Source of the DNA: the human T2T-CHM13v2.0 reference genome, Homo sapiens
Length of the DNA stretch: 64,000 nt
Direction: 5' to 3' (one strand)
NCBI RefSeq assembly: GCF_009914755.1
Contig: NC_060940.1
Shown: positions 1-18,096 of the stretch, in pieces
How the letters are laid out: each line of letters opens with the position of its first letter
Numbering within the stretch: the stretch's first letter is position 1
Program-made: the position numbers and the translations under genes
Notes under the pieces: model-generated
What the model was told of the DNA's origin: nothing
What the model saw: the letters and a program-made list of their open reading frames with translations, nothing else
Database searches by the model: none

Positions 1-273
1 GCAGCTCAGAGGCAGGGCTGCAGTTATACCCACTTTTAATTACATGCAAATCAAGGGGCAGATTATGCAGAAATTTCTAGGAAAAAGGTGGTAACTTCTG
101 GGTCACAGAGTCATTGTCATGGAAAGGGATGGTAACTTCTGGGTGTTGCTAAGGCGATGGTAAACTGACATGGGACACTGGTGGGTGTGTCTCATGGAAA
201 GCTGCTTCCACCCTCTCCCTGTTTTAGCTAGTCCTCAGTTTGGTCCGGTATCTGAACCCTGCCTCCTATCTCA
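1..273 (-). mobile_element. ERV1 MER4-group LTR (MER66-like, tentative), cut off by window start
   Basis: Reverse complement begins TGAGATAGGAGG...GGACCAAACTGAGGACTAGCTAAAACAGGG, an LTR 5' end; repeated GGTAACTTCTGGGT units. Confidence 0.6.
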
Positions 274-398
274 ACAGCATGGCATCTTCTGTAAACAGTG
301 AGTATGCAAGTTGACTTTACTGGGGTGCAGAGTGTATTGTGTTCTCAGGGACCTCAACAAGAGTTTTTTTCAGTCGAGTGCTGGGATGAATTAAGAAA

Positions 399-458
399 CC
401 CATTTCCCATTTAGAAAAAAAAAAGTGCAGCTTATTCTCAGGGCAAATGGGAAATAGG
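399..458 (-). mobile_element. MER75A-like piggyBac MITE
   Basis: Inverted repeats AACCCATTTCCCATTT / AAATGGGAAATAGGTT, internal AAAAAAGTGCAGC, TTAA at 459-462 and 391-394. Confidence 0.7.
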
Positions 459-1138
459 TTAAGGAATGAAAAAAAGGGGATGAAATGAGAGTCAAGAGTA
501 AAGATAATTCCTGATAGAACCTTGAAGAAGAGAAGAAATACATGGTGGTAATAGGAAGCAGAGATGGAATTAAGGGCAGGATTTATTTGAACTGGGAGAG
601 ACTTGAGTAGGTTTAGTGACTGGCAGGGGACAGAGCAAAGGGAGAGGTTGAAAGTGCAGGCAAAAGGGGTGAATGATGGACAGTGTTCTTGAGAAGAAGT
701 CATAGGATCTAGAATGTGTGAGGAGGAAGGACCTTCTTCCTCTGGGAAGGAAAGGATTGTAGAGATGCATATATTTTGTAGGTGAGTGGGTAGATAGGCA
801 GAGGAAGTGCTAGCTGATGTTTTTTGACTTGTGGCAATTTTGGTTGTAAGGAACAGAAACGTACTTAAGCTTGCACAAGAGAGGTTATCAGTTAGAATTG
901 CATGCAGAAATCCAAGTATAGGTGCTTAGTCCAAAAGAAATCTTATGTTTTTCTCAAATATTGAGAATCTAGAGTAGGCAGATCAGGGATAGTATCAGCT
1001 ACTTAAGGAAATAATAAATAATTAAAGCTCTTTCTAGATATCTGATTGACCAGACTCAGTGTGTAAATTTTGCCCTCATGGCCACATGTTTACTGTATCT
1101 CAAGCATCATGTCTGGATTCCAAGCAGGAAAGGAGTGC

Positions 1139-1495
1139 TGATATGGTTTGGTTGTGTCCCCACCCAAATCTCACCTTAAATTGTAGTAATCTCCACATAT
1201 CAAGGGCGGAGCCAGGTGGAGATAATTGAATCATGGGGGTGGTTTTCCCCATACTGTTCTCGTGGTAGGGAATAAGTCTCACGAGATCTGATGGTTTTAT
1301 AAATGGGTGTTCCCCCTGCACAAGCTCTCTTACCTGCTGCCATGTAAGATGTGACTTTGCTCCTCCTTCACCTTCCACCATGATTGCGAGGCCTCCCAAG
1401 CCATGTGGAACTGTGAGTCAACTATACCTCTTTCCTTTATAAATTACCCAGTTTCAGGTATGTCTTTATTTGCAGCATGAGAACAGACTAGCACA
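1139..1495 (+). mobile_element. THE1 (MaLR) solo LTR
   Basis: TGATATGGTTTGG...GAGAACAGACTAGCACA; exact 5-bp TSD AGTGC (1134-1138, 1496-1500). Confidence 0.95.
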
Positions 1496-1656
1496 AGTGC
1501 AAAAGGTACATATCAGTTGAGCCTCTTCATTTTTTTCAATCAGGAAAATTTTTCCCTGGAGACACTGGCAGTAGTTTACCACTTATATCTCATTGGCCAG
1601 AGAAGGTCATATAACTCTCCTATTTGCAAGAAGGTTTGGGGAGGCAAATATATTTA

Positions 1657-1791
1657 CTTTATTTTTAAATTTTTTAAGAGACTGGGTCTTGCTACATTGC
1701 CCAGGCTGGTCTTGAACCTCTCAGCTCAAACAATTCTCCTGCTTCAGCCTCTGAGTAGCTGGGACTACAGGCTCATGTCACTGCACCTGTC
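1657..1791 (-). mobile_element. Alu monomer (FLAM-like)
   Basis: Single diverged Alu arm with T-rich tail. Confidence 0.75.
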
Positions 1792-1922
1792 AAAGGTAAG
1801 TATATTTCATTGGTATACAGTCCCCTCAACAAAATCAGAGTGTTATTCAGGGCAAAAAGGAGAAGGGAATGTGGATAGGCAAATAGCAACGTCTACTGCA
1901 GAAGAATGCATGAAAAATCTCA

Positions 1923-2220
1923 CCTGGGTGTGGCGGCTCATGCCTATAATCCCAGCACTTTGGGAGGCTGAGGCAGGAGGCTACATGAGGCCAGGAGTTC
2001 AAGACTAGCCTGGGCAACATAGCAAGACCCCATTTAGACAAAAAATTTTAAAAAAATTAGCCGGGTGTGTTGGTGTGCACCTTTAGTCCCAGCTACTTGA
2101 GAGGCTGAGGCGGGAAGATTACTTAAGACCAGGAGTTTGAAGCTATAGTGACCTAAAATCAGGCCACTGCACTTGAGCCTGGGCAACAGAGTGAGACCCT
2201 GTCTCTAAAATAAAATTAAA
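1923..2220 (+). mobile_element. AluJ
   Basis: Dimeric Alu, TSD AAAAATCTCA. Confidence 0.9.
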
Positions 2221-2317
2221 AAAAATCTCAGAAAGTCCATCTAACCAACCGAAGTAGAGCCAGACCTTACAGAGTTTGGAACTGGGAGCTAAGATGCTCC
2301 CTGTCTAATGAACAGCA

Positions 2318-3000
<683 letters not shown>

Positions 3001-3104
3001 CAGTAATAGATGAATCTTTCAAAAGGGAAATTCAGAGACATGGGAAATTTCAATGAGAAATAAGCCTCTCTTCACCCTTCCTGTCTCTGTTCCTTCTAAT
3101 CAAG

Positions 3105-4347
3105 TGTCAGGACATTGCCATTGATTCAGAGAATCAATTTCCAGAATTTTATTTATTAAAATTTAAAACTTTAAAATCAAAGTAATAGTTATACATGGTA
3201 ACAAGTCATATAATACAGAAGTGTTTACTGACAAAAAGCAACAGCCTTTCATTCCACCTGAAGTCTTCTCCCTAGAGGCAACTAACTTCTTTTTTTTTTT
3301 TTTTTTTTTTTTTTTAACTATTTCTGTGTTTAGTTCTGTTTGTTTCCACTAGAACTTTGAGCACTATACTTACATCTCTATTTTTTGGCTTATCTACTGC
3401 CGGCAATTTTTATTTCTGTTTACAGTGTTCTTCTCCTTAATCTTTGCCTGCCCCAGTTTTACTCATTCTTCATGGCCTCAACTTAGGAACCACTTTATTT
3501 AAAAAGACCATAATCCCGTGGTCATAGCAAATTTCTCCACTAATCTTCTGGTGGTCATGAGCTACTGTGGTCTAGGGTCACTCAAGATGATAATAACATT
3601 ATTTCTGTCTGGGTCCTGTTCACTTCATGTGAAATGTCACAGGCATGTTCAGTGGGATGCTGCTGGTATATATGGGGAAGGAGACAGATGAAGGAATATG
3701 GGTGGGGCTCTAACAGGACCAGCTACACTTCTACATTCTTCGTATTAATTCCTATAGTCAGTCTTTCCTCTGTCTTCCACCGTGTCTTGATGGAACTATA
3801 CACCTTTGGTATATTCTACCTTCTTTTGTCAGTTCATGCTTTTCTCTTACTTTCCTGTAAGCTTCTGGGGGCAGAAACCATGTTTGATTCATCTTTTTAT
3901 CCCTTCATGGCTTAGCAGAGGTCCTGCCACAGAGAATCTATTTACTCAATAAACGTTCACAAAATTGAATTGTGGGGGACACCATGGCTCCCCGGGGCAC
4001 TATTAAATCAGATCCCTTCTTTCTTACCACCACCAAAGGATAATGTCAAGACATGGGCATTGATTCGGAGAATCCATTTCCAGAATTTTACCTATTAAAA
4101 TTAAAAAAAATTTAAATCAAAACAATAGATATACATGGTAACAAGTCATGAAATACAGAAACACTCACTGACAGAAAACAATAGGTGTTCACTCCACCTG
4201 CAGCTCTCTCTCCAGAGGCAGCTTTTTTTATTTTTATTTTTTAACTATTTCTGGTTTTACTTCTTCTGTCTGTTTCCACTAGAACTCTAAATAGTATACT
4301 TACATCTCTATTTTCTGACTTATCTATGGCATGCAATTTTTATTTCT
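3105..4347 (+). repeat. Old direct duplication, copies 3105-3417 and 4044-4347
   Basis: Colinear shared blocks such as CATTGATTC-GAGAATC-ATTTCCAGAATTTTA, TATACATGGTAACAAGTCAT, TGTTTCCACTAGAACT, TATACTTACATCTCTATTTT. Confidence 0.9.
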
Positions 4348-5173
4348 TCTTTGTGATGAAAAATGAGGATTTAGATTTAGTTCAGACAAATAACCCTTTC
4401 TCTTCTGTCCCCTTCTGAATATTTGGTGCATTTGTTTTTGGTTCTTCTAAATTTACATTTTCAACTTTATGCAATATAGTTTGTACACAGTTTCTATCTT
4501 CCCATTTTAAATTTTATCGGTGCTTTTTTCCTACGTTCTTTTTGAGATGGGGACATTATTTCCTTTCATTTTTCTTCCTGCCTCTACTCAACTCTCACCC
4601 TCCCCTTTTCTGTTACCCTTTTACTCTCATGTTGCCAAGACACTTAACAGCTACATTCTGTTCTTTAACAAACAGTTAAGTTGTTCTTTGCCAATAGGTT
4701 GACACTGAAAATAGAATACAAACTCATGCTTTCGTTATTATAATTATGTAATGGTCATTCACACCTGGAGCAGGGATTGAACTAAAATTATATTTTCTTC
4801 TTTACAGATCTAAAGTCACAACCCTTGGGTCACTCAAATAAGAATGTCCTAAGCCTCAAAGTTAAAAGATTTTTATGTTCTTACGGCAATGGCTTAAAAC
4901 CACACCACATTTAATTAGCTTCATATTTAGAGCATGACTTTCTCATAGTTTTTTAAGCCTGGAGTTTCTAATTGCTCTTTTACTTGTTGCCAAAAACATA
5001 ATGTTCCTTTATCATATCTTCAGCTTTTCCACTCTCTCAATCAAATCATTTCTGTGTGTATTTCTTTGGTACATTCTCTCTTGAAAGACCTCTTGTTAGG
5101 AATGGGGAGTGGGGGACAGGGGGATGAATTCTTCTTTATTTTTGAAACATTTTAAAAAGAAATATAATTTTAA

Positions 5174-5485
<312 letters not shown>

Positions 5486-6449
5486 TTAGGTGTGATTGTT
5501 ACCAACAATATTCCAGATTCTGAATGATCCCCATGCCAAGCCTCTGGCTTTCTCACATTTTATCTGTCTCATGCTGGCTTTTCTCATATTTTCAATTTTG
5601 TTATTCTTTGTGTCTTCATTTACTTGCCAGTAAAATGGGGATAAGAAGCTCAAGTTATATCACGGGAAAATGATAGGAAATATAACTCTTGACCCTCTTT
5701 CAGAAAAAAATCTACATACAAGCTATAGTCAACACCTACATATAAGGTTATTAAGCTTAAAACAGAATAAACATAGCTTGGGAGAAATCTTCCTGTGAAT
5801 AGCATAGGGAGATTCTAAAGTACATATTACTTTTATTTCTGTGATGGGGCCATTAATTCATGATCTTTGGATTGGAGCACAGCCTGATATTAGCTTCAGG
5901 ACCAAGACTTTCCAATGCCTGAGGGTGGAAGCATAGATGCCGTGTTGAACCACATGCCTGATCCTTGGTGGGTGCAAATTCTGTCTCCTGCTTCTCAGTT
6001 TTAGGGAAAAATCCCCATGCAGGATTGATACATGGAGAAGAAAAACTCTTGGACTATTGCAGACCTCTTTCCTCTCAAAAGGAGCAGAGATCTCATTAAA
6101 TCTATGTGATCTTATCCTCCACTCTGAAGGCTAACACAGGGCTTTGGGTTACTCAGAATTAAAATGATTTGGAGGTTCCTTCTCACTATCCCTTAGAGTC
6201 TTGGTTTAAGGCGTACTTAGACAGATCCCACCTAACTCAGTAGACTAGGTTAAATTCCCTAGCAACATATGCTTTTAATTGGCCAAAGCTCTTTCCTTCT
6301 TTTTTTAAGTGGTAGATACTCAAATCAAACTTTTTTAAGTAGAAAGGGAAATAACTGAAAAGACCATGCAGCATTCATGGATAGCTCCATGGTGTGTATA
6401 GGGGCTGAGTTTATATTATGAAACTTGTCTGTCTCTTGTTTTTTCTTAA

Positions 6450-7444
<995 letters not shown>

Positions 7445-8320
7445 TTTTTTTTTTTATTTTTTTATTTTTTTATTATACTTTAAGTTTTAGGGTACATGTG
7501 CACATTGTGCAGGTTAGTTACATATGTATACATGTGCCATGCTGGTGCGCTGCACCCACTAACTCGTCATCTAGCATTAGGTATATCACCCAATGCTATC
7601 CCCCCCACTCCCCCCACCCCACCACAGTCCCCAGAGTGTGATATTCCCCTTCCTGCGTCCATGTGATCTCATTGTTCAATTCCCACCTATGAGTGAGAAT
7701 ATGCGGTGTTTGGTTTTTTGTTCTTGCGATAGTTTACTGAGAATGATGATTTCCAATTTCATCCATGTCCCTACAAAGGACATGAACTCATCATTTTTTA
7801 TGGCTGCATAGTATTCCATGGTGTATATGTGCCACATTTTCTTAATCCAGTCTATCATTGTTGGACATTTGGGTTGGTTCCAAGTCTTTGCTATTGTGAA
7901 TAATGCCGCAATAAACATACATGTGCATGTGTCTTTATAGCAGCATGATTTATAGTCATTTGGGTATATACCCAGTAATGGGATGGCTGGGTCAAATGGT
8001 ATTTCTAGTTCTAGATCCCTGAGGAATCGCCACACTGACTTCCACAATGGTTGAACTAGTTTACAGTCCCACCAACAGTGTAAAAGTGTTCCTATTTCTC
8101 CACATCCTCTCCAGCACCTGTTGTTTCCTGACTTTTTAATGATTGCCATTCTAACTGGTGTGAGATGGTATCTCATAGTGGTTTTGATTTGCATTTCTCT
8201 GATGGCCAGTGATGATGAGCATTTTTTCATGTGTTTTTTGGCTGCATAAATGTCTTCTTTTGAGAAGTGTCTGTTCATGTCCTTTGCCCACTTTTTGATG
8301 GGGTTGTTTGTTTTTTTCTT
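7445..8320 (-). mobile_element. Young 5'-truncated L1 (L1PA2-like)
   Basis: ORF 7676-8329 matches L1 ORF2 C-terminus ([26 protein letters not shown]); 3'UTR has GATGACGAGTTAGTGGG (GAG, not Ta ACA) and AACTTAAAGTATAAT; poly-T. Confidence 0.92.
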
Positions 8321-8550
8321 TATACACATTTATTTTTTGTTCTGGAGACAGTAATGCAATATAAAACCTATTGAATGGTTACTTCTGTGCCACTTATTTC
8401 TGCGTTTTAAAAATTATTTTTAAATTTACATATGCTTTTTTTGGATGTACAGTTCTGGGAGTTTGACAAGCCCATAGACATTGACTTTAGTACCTAATTT
8501 TGCATTTGTACCTTTGTATTTTTTTTAGATGCTCTCCTTTCCCCAAATTA

Positions 8551-9193
<643 letters not shown>

Positions 9194-9829
9194 TATACAA
9201 GCTTTGGGCTCCATTAAATTAGAATTTGCTTGGCTCAATTTCTTTGTTTATTGACTGGCTTTCCAGTGATTGCATGGTCATTGTCTGTTTTCCTTATTAC
9301 TGTAACCCAGCATCTAGCGCAGTGCCTGGCACATGATAAATGCTCACTAAATATATAACAGGAAACTGCGGGTAAAGCAGTTCTCAGCAAACTCCTCCAT
9401 TCCCAGATCAATCCTGGGGCATATGCAATGCCTATTATGAGGACTTAGCGTTGCTTAAGCCACTGGGGCTCGCGTTCCCAGGAATGCCTACCAGTGTCTC
9501 AGTGTCCTCTATGTTCATGTGCTTCCTATTTTCTTTTGCTATTTTTCTATCACAAGGGTTTCAGTATCCAAAAACATCAAGTCTTGTTTTTCGCTAGCTT
9601 TAGTTTGCAAGATTGGAATTTTATCTTGGTCCTTTTTCCTGAATTTCTACTTGAGCCCTTTATGGTTCGTTTCCAAGTCTGGAGTCTTGATTCTGAATCC
9701 TAGCCCCCAAGGAAGGGTTTCCTAATCTTGGATCAACCTTCCCGGTGTTAATTGCCTTACTGCCTGAGTTCTAAGAGGTGTCCAGTGTGGAGGCCCAGAC
9801 TTGGACGTCTTATCATCTCTTGGATCCAT

Positions 9830-10420
9830 GATTAATTAATTCCTTCAACAAATCTGTATTGTGTACTATGTGCTGGGCATTGTGTTAAGGTGGACAAAAC
9901 AAAAATTATCATTGACTCTGCAGAGCTTTCAGTCTAGACTGGGTTGGGGGAGGAGTAAGAGAGAGACAGAGAAACAGAGAGAGGAACCAAGCAATCAAAC
10001 AGACAAGTGAAATGATTTTAATAACAGTGCTGTAAAGACAGTAACTATGGGATTGAGATAAAGAACACCTGGGGGGCTGGGGGATGTGTGCCACCTTGGA
10101 TTTGTGGCCAGGCCATGCTGAAGAGGTGACTGGAGTTGACACCCAAGGAATGAGAAGATGTTAGCCATGTGACGAGTGGAGAAAGTACATTTTGGAAAGA
10201 GGGAGCAAATTGCATGAAGACTCCAGGGTGCGAAAGAGCTCTGTGGGTCTGAAGAACTGAATTAAGGCCGTCTGGGGAGAGAATGGTGATGGAAGGAAGA
10301 TGAGGTTGTAAGTAGGGGCCAGGTGCTGCAAGGCATTTAGGCCTTGGTAAGGAGCGTGGATTTTCTCCTATGTATTATGGTAAGGCACATATGTGTTTAA
10401 GCAGGGGAAACTCCTAATAA
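9830..10420. mobile_element. L2 relic
   Basis: TTCAACAAATCTGTATTG...TATGTGCTGGGCATTGTGTTAAG and purine-rich L2-type body. Confidence 0.6.
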
Positions 10421-10615
10421 GATTTATGTTTTTTAAAATTTTTCAACTTTTATTTTAGAATCAGAACATACATGTGCAGGTTTGCTGCAAAGATATATTG
10501 CATGATGCTGAAGTTTGGGGTAAGAATGATCCCATTACCCAGGTTGTGAACATAATACCCAATAGGTAGTTTTCAGCCTTTTGCCCCCCTCCCTCTCTTG
10601 CTCCTCTAGTAGTCC

Positions 10616-11263
<648 letters not shown>

Positions 11264-12099
11264 AGTCCCCAGTGTCTGTTGTTCCCATCTTTATGTCCAC
11301 ACTTACCCAATGTGGTACATATACACCATAGAATACTACACAGCCATAAAAAGAACAAAATCATGTCCTTTGCAGCAGCATGGACCCAGCTGGAGGCCAT
11401 TATCCTAAGCAAACTAACGCAAAAACAGAAAACCAAATACCACATGCTCTCACTTATAAGTGAAAGCCAAACAGAGGATTTATGTTTTAAGAATATTCTT
11501 CCTCCTGCTTTGCAGAGAATAAGTGCCAGGGCAGGGCAATCTCTATGCAGCCCTCCACGGTTTATGCAAACCACAATGTGAATGGTACCCTCTGGGGTGT
11601 TTCCTGGAAGCAGCACTTCTAGAAAGGCAAGAGTGGAAGGAGAAGATGATTTCAGATGGCTCTCCATGTGGGCTGTGTATTATACCTCCCTGGGGAGTTG
11701 CTAAAGACACAGTCACTCAGGGGTGTCTCCACCCTCAGGCTATTGTAAATCAGAGCCTCTGGGAGTGGGGCCAGGCATCACTGTAACTAGTGTTGCGAAC
11801 CATAGCTTTAGAAGGATGTTACATCAGCCCAGGCAAGAGATGATGGTCATTTGGACTAGGATAGTGGTAGTGAAGAGAGAAAGAGGTGGAGGAACTTTGA
11901 GGTACAATAGACAGGCTTGGCTAAATGTGGATAGGGGATGAACGTGAAGAATCAAGACTTACTCCCAGGTTTCTGGTTGGGGAATTACTAGAGCAATGGT
12001 TCTCACTCAAGCATGCTTCCGGATCACCTGTAAGCCTTGTTAAACCACCTTCCAATCTAAAAAGTGACAAAATAGATGGAAAGAAATGAAGTTTTGAAG

Positions 12100-12650
12100 T
12101 TTTGTTAAATTGGAAAGTTTTCAGCCATGATTTCTTTAAAAAAAAATGTTATTTGTTATTGTTGTTGTTGTCCTATCCTCTTTCTTCTGTCTTTCTGGTT
12201 CTCTTGTGACAAAAATGTTAAATGTTTTGCTACAGTCCCACGGGTCCCCCGGAAGTGGAAGTCTGGGCTGTCTCACTCAGTCTGCTGGTGTGGTTGGACA
12301 CAGGGCCACAATTTTTCTATGGTGTTTGGATGTAGTTAAGTGGTTATATTGTCCAGAGTTTTCTCTCTTGCTAGATTGCTCTTTTCCTGTTCTTTTTTGT
12401 TTTTGTTTTTTGGCAGAAAGATTGGGCTTTTATACAGGCTTTTTTGTTAGCTTCTTCAGCTTCAAGTCTGGGATACACAAAATGAAAAGAAACCAAGTGA
12501 GCAGATCCACGTGTTGTTCCTTGATCCCCAGCCAGTTTGCTTTCTCCTCATTTCAGAATCCTTTGCTTGTTTTATATGTAATGTCAAGGGTTTTTAGTTT
12601 TACTTAGTAGGAAGAATAGGGAAAATATATCTTTTTTATCTTCCCAGAGG
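12100..12650 (-). mobile_element. Old L1M fragment including 5'-end-like sequence
   Basis: TTGGAAAGTTTTCAGCCATGATTTCTTT and ...TACTTAGTAGGAAGAATAGGGAAAA...ATCTTCCCAGA. Confidence 0.6.
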
Positions 12651-12674
12651 CACAAGAACTGAAACCAGTTTCTA

Positions 12675-13031
<357 letters not shown>

Positions 13032-13378
13032 ATTTATAAGAGAAAAGTCTCTCTCTTATTGTATCTTCTTTTCCAAAAAAGTTATGAATGTTAAGAGCCT
13101 AGAGTATATCCTTTTATTCTTTCTCCATACACATTTACAAATATGCACATGCAAACACACACACACAGAATATTTGTCATTGTTTTTACCCAAACGAAAT
13201 CATACTGTATATATTCTTGCAACTTCCTTTTCTCATTAATAATACATAATGGATACCCTTTTGGGCTAACAGTCATAGATCTAACTCATTCTTTATATTA
13301 GCTACTTAATATTCCATAATATGGAAGAGCCATGGTTACTTAACTTGTTTTTAGTTTTATTGCCTTCACAAATAATAA

Positions 13379-13737
<359 letters not shown>

Positions 13738-13824
13738 AGTATATGTACTTTTAAGTTGAATAAACATGGCATGGTTATGGTTCCACAAAAGGCTCTGATG
13801 ACTCACATTTCCCCAGTGACATGA

Positions 13825-14187
<363 letters not shown>

Positions 14188-15613
14188 CTCATTTTAAATT
14201 TTTGCCTTTGTCGGGGTGAAATAGTATCTCATTTTTAATTAACATATATTTATTGGCCTGTTCCTGCCTTTTTCCATTTTCCTGTTGGGTGTTAGTATAT
14301 TTCTCATCAGTTTGAGAGAACTCATTTAGCAGTTTTATTTGTTATATGCATTGCAAATACATTGTCTCTGTTTAACTCCAACCTATTACCAGAGCATCTG
14401 TGAACCTTTCCTCTAACACACTGAGCATGTTGCATTGTCCCTTGCTGACAATTGCTGTCTCTGCTAAAGGCTGTCTTCCTTAAGCTAAGGACCATTTTCT
14501 CAACTTCGTAGCTCTAGTCCCAAGCAGTTATTTGTGCATAGTAGGTGCTTAAAGGGTTTTTGAATTAATTGTTGAATTTCTTTCTCAATTAAAATGGTCC
14601 CTCGGTGTTTTCCTTCCTTTGTACCTCCCTAAGTGACACATTAATTACAGATGTTCCATCAAGTGTCAAGCTAACCTGAACAATTACAACTTGAAGCAAA
14701 GAGCACAGCCCAAATGGCAACATCTTCATCCTCGGAGATGAGCTGTTTGCATGAGGAAGGACAAGAAAATTGCACCATCTGCCTGGATATAGATAGAAAG
14801 ACTTGGCTCCTGCAAGACATCGCATGAAGGAGGGGGGATGCACTTACTTGTTATTCCAAGCTATGATGGCTATTTTCATGTTATGTGTCATTTGTGGAAC
14901 AATCTGATGTTACGGTTGGCTCAAAGCTTTTATGCCTAATGATCTGCTTCAAGGAGAAGGAGTGAAATAACGAAGGAAGTCCTTAATCCTTAGTCCTATG
15001 GACTGTCCCCCACTCTGGGAAACTAGAGAGGTCTGTGGTCAGCCAATGCTGCAGAAATAAAGTATGACAGAGAGTAGAGGGTTGAAAGGAGGTTTCAAGA
15101 AGGAGGAAGGGTGTGTGGAGGATAAGAAATGGTCCCCAGACAGTCTTGCTTCACTTCGTTTCAAAGTCGTTTGCTTGTTTTATATATAATGTTTGGGGGT
15201 TTTAGTTTTACTTAGCAGAGAGAATAGGGAAAGGTGTACCTCCTTTATCTTCCCAGAGGCACAAGAATAGGTATGAATGGACATAAAGCATAAATGTATG
15301 TAAGGGACTGAGTAGACAGAGGTGTCTGGGGAGCATGCAAAGATTGCAGAGAGAACCCAGTCTTTGAAGTTAGACAAATGTCAGTTCTAATCTTCCCTAT
15401 GTTACTGACTTACGCCATGTATTCAGACTAATTGATCACCTTAATGGCACAAGAACTGACAGCTACAGACACCAACCCCTCCTCCATCCCATCTCTCTGT
15501 GGCTTTGCCACAGAAAATCTCCATGTTCTATTCTATTCCACATCTTGTTGCTTTTGTGTTATGACTACTGTTGCTGACCCTTGAGTCTGAATTGAAGTTT
15601 GCTTTTAGGCTGA

Positions 15614-16003
<390 letters not shown>

Positions 16004-16319
16004 TGAGAAGCCTAGTTTTTCTCTTATTCCATTTTCATAGCTAATTCTTGCTCCTGAGACCCCAATGTCAAAAAAGCCCAGCTGTCTATATAATCCTACC
16101 AGTCCCAGAGAGGGTGCACCTGGTCATGCTAGGACATCCTCCCTTGGCCAAATTAAATGTTCCTGAGCAGGGTCATGCCATCTCATATGGCAGCTCCTGC
16201 AATAACCATGTGACATGAGTATGGTGAAAGAAGAGGGAAATGATGCTGGGCAGAATAACTATCCAGAATCAAAGTGAGCAAAGAAAATGTGAACAAGGAA
16301 AGCAAAATGAAGATGATAG

Positions 16320-17290
16320 CATTCATTAATATGTATTACCCAGAAAAACATTTAAAAATGTCAAAGAACTACATACAAAAATCAAAAGACAGAAAAGAAA
16401 ACCCCGAGTAAATTGAAAGACATGGCATTCTCCTAATTAGGAAAAGTCACTATTTTAAAGAGGTATGATTCCTCCCTAAATCCATACATGAATGGTTACA
16501 ATTGAGTCCCAATATTTTTGGAATTTAGTAGTGTATTAGTCTGTTCTTACATGGCTAATAAAGACATATCTGAGACTGGGTAATTTATAAAGAAAAAAGG
16601 TTTAATTGACTCACAGTTCTGCATGGGTGGGGAGGCCTCAGGAAACTCACAATCATGGCAGAAGGGGAAGCAAACATGTCCTTCTTCACATGGCAGCAAC
16701 AAGGAGAAGTGCAGAGCGAAGTAGGGGAAAAGCCCCTTATAAAACCATCAGATCTTGTGACAACTCACTCACCATCACGAGAACAGCATGGAGGTAACTG
16801 CTTCCATGATTCAATTACCTCCCACTAGGTTCCTCCTATGACATGTGGGGATTATGGGAACCACAGTTCAAGATGAGATTTGGGTAGGGACGCAACCAAA
16901 CCATATCAAGTTGTTTGATAAAAACTTTCCTCTAGGGGAAAAATCATAGACCTAAGAACAGACAAGAAAATCTTGAAACAGAAGAATGATGATAAGGGAC
17001 CACATACAATAACATATTATGAAGTTACAATAATAAAGCAGTATGGCACTAGTCCAGTGGAAGTATGGAACAAAATTTGAGAGTCCAGAAATGGACAGAT
17101 CAGAATTCAGTGTCTAATAAAAATGGAATCTCTCATTGGTGAAGGCAGGAAGGGGTTATTCAATCAATGATGTTGTGGTACAATTGTCTATTCATTCAGG
17201 AAATAATTAACTGAAATTCCAAACTTCATCAGACACAAAAATCAATTGAAACTTAATTAAAATCTAAATAGGAAAAAGAAACACTAAGGG
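16320..17290 (+). mobile_element. Degenerate L1ME ORF2 relic interrupted by THE1
   Basis: TACAATAATAAAGCAGTATGGCACTAG...AGAGTCCAGAAAT, TTATTCAATCAATGATGTTG. Confidence 0.6.
16532..16908 (-). mobile_element. THE1C/D-like solo LTR
   Basis: TGTATTAGTCTGTTC...CCAAACCATATCA; TSD AGTAG/AGTTG. Confidence 0.92.
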
Positions 17291-17735
17291 TGTCATAACA
17301 CTATTAGTTATCACAAAAGCCCTAAAAGATAGCCATTTGATCCCAGTTTTGAAGATGTAAACAATGAGGCTCAGACAGACCAAGCGGCTTACCTGAGGTC
17401 ACACAAAATCACACACCAGGAGTTCATAAGACATCCATAGTCACTTTGTTCTCCAGATGTCCCCATTAGGTAAATTTACCTTACAGTTTTCATTTAACCC
17501 AGCTCATAACTCCTAGCAAATGATTATTCTTTCTAGCCTAGGGTAGTACCCAGGCAGACAACCTGATGAAGACTTAAGTTCAAAAGACGATTCAGGCGCA
17601 TACCTCCCCTCTCACATTGTGAGTGTTCCCCAGGGAGGGTCAGCCATTCCTTGCACAGACTCCATGGAGAAGACCATCAGGGGAAGTTGGAGCTGAATCA
17701 GACCCAGTGAGATTCTGGTGCTTTAACAGCATGGC

Positions 17736-18096
17736 TGCTGTTCTCACACTGCTATAAAGATACTGCCTGAGACTGGGTAATTTATAAACAAAAGAGGTTT
17801 AATTGACTCACAGTTCTGCATAGCTGGGGAGGACTCAGGAAACTTATAATCATGGCAGAAGGCAAAGGGGAAGAAGGCACCTTCTTCACAAGGCAGCAAG
17901 AGAGAGAAAGAGAGTGTGAGAGCAAGGAAGGCCACACTTTAAAACCGTCAGCTCTTGTGAGAACTCACTATCATGAGAACAGCATGGGGGAAACCGCCCC
18001 ATGATCCAATCACTTCCCACCAGGTCCCTCCTTTGACATGTGGGGATTACAATTTGAGATGAGATTTGGGTGTGGAAACAGAACCAAAGTATATTA
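17736..18096 (-). mobile_element. MSTA-like solo LTR
   Basis: MaLR LTR body; exact TSD ATGGC. Confidence 0.88.

Noticed and set aside
397-460. 16-bp inverted repeat as a novel hairpin RNA
   Set aside because: Matches MER75A piggyBac MITE structure.
7676-8329. 217-aa ORF
   Set aside because: C-terminal fragment of L1 ORF2p in a 5'-truncated copy; not a gene.
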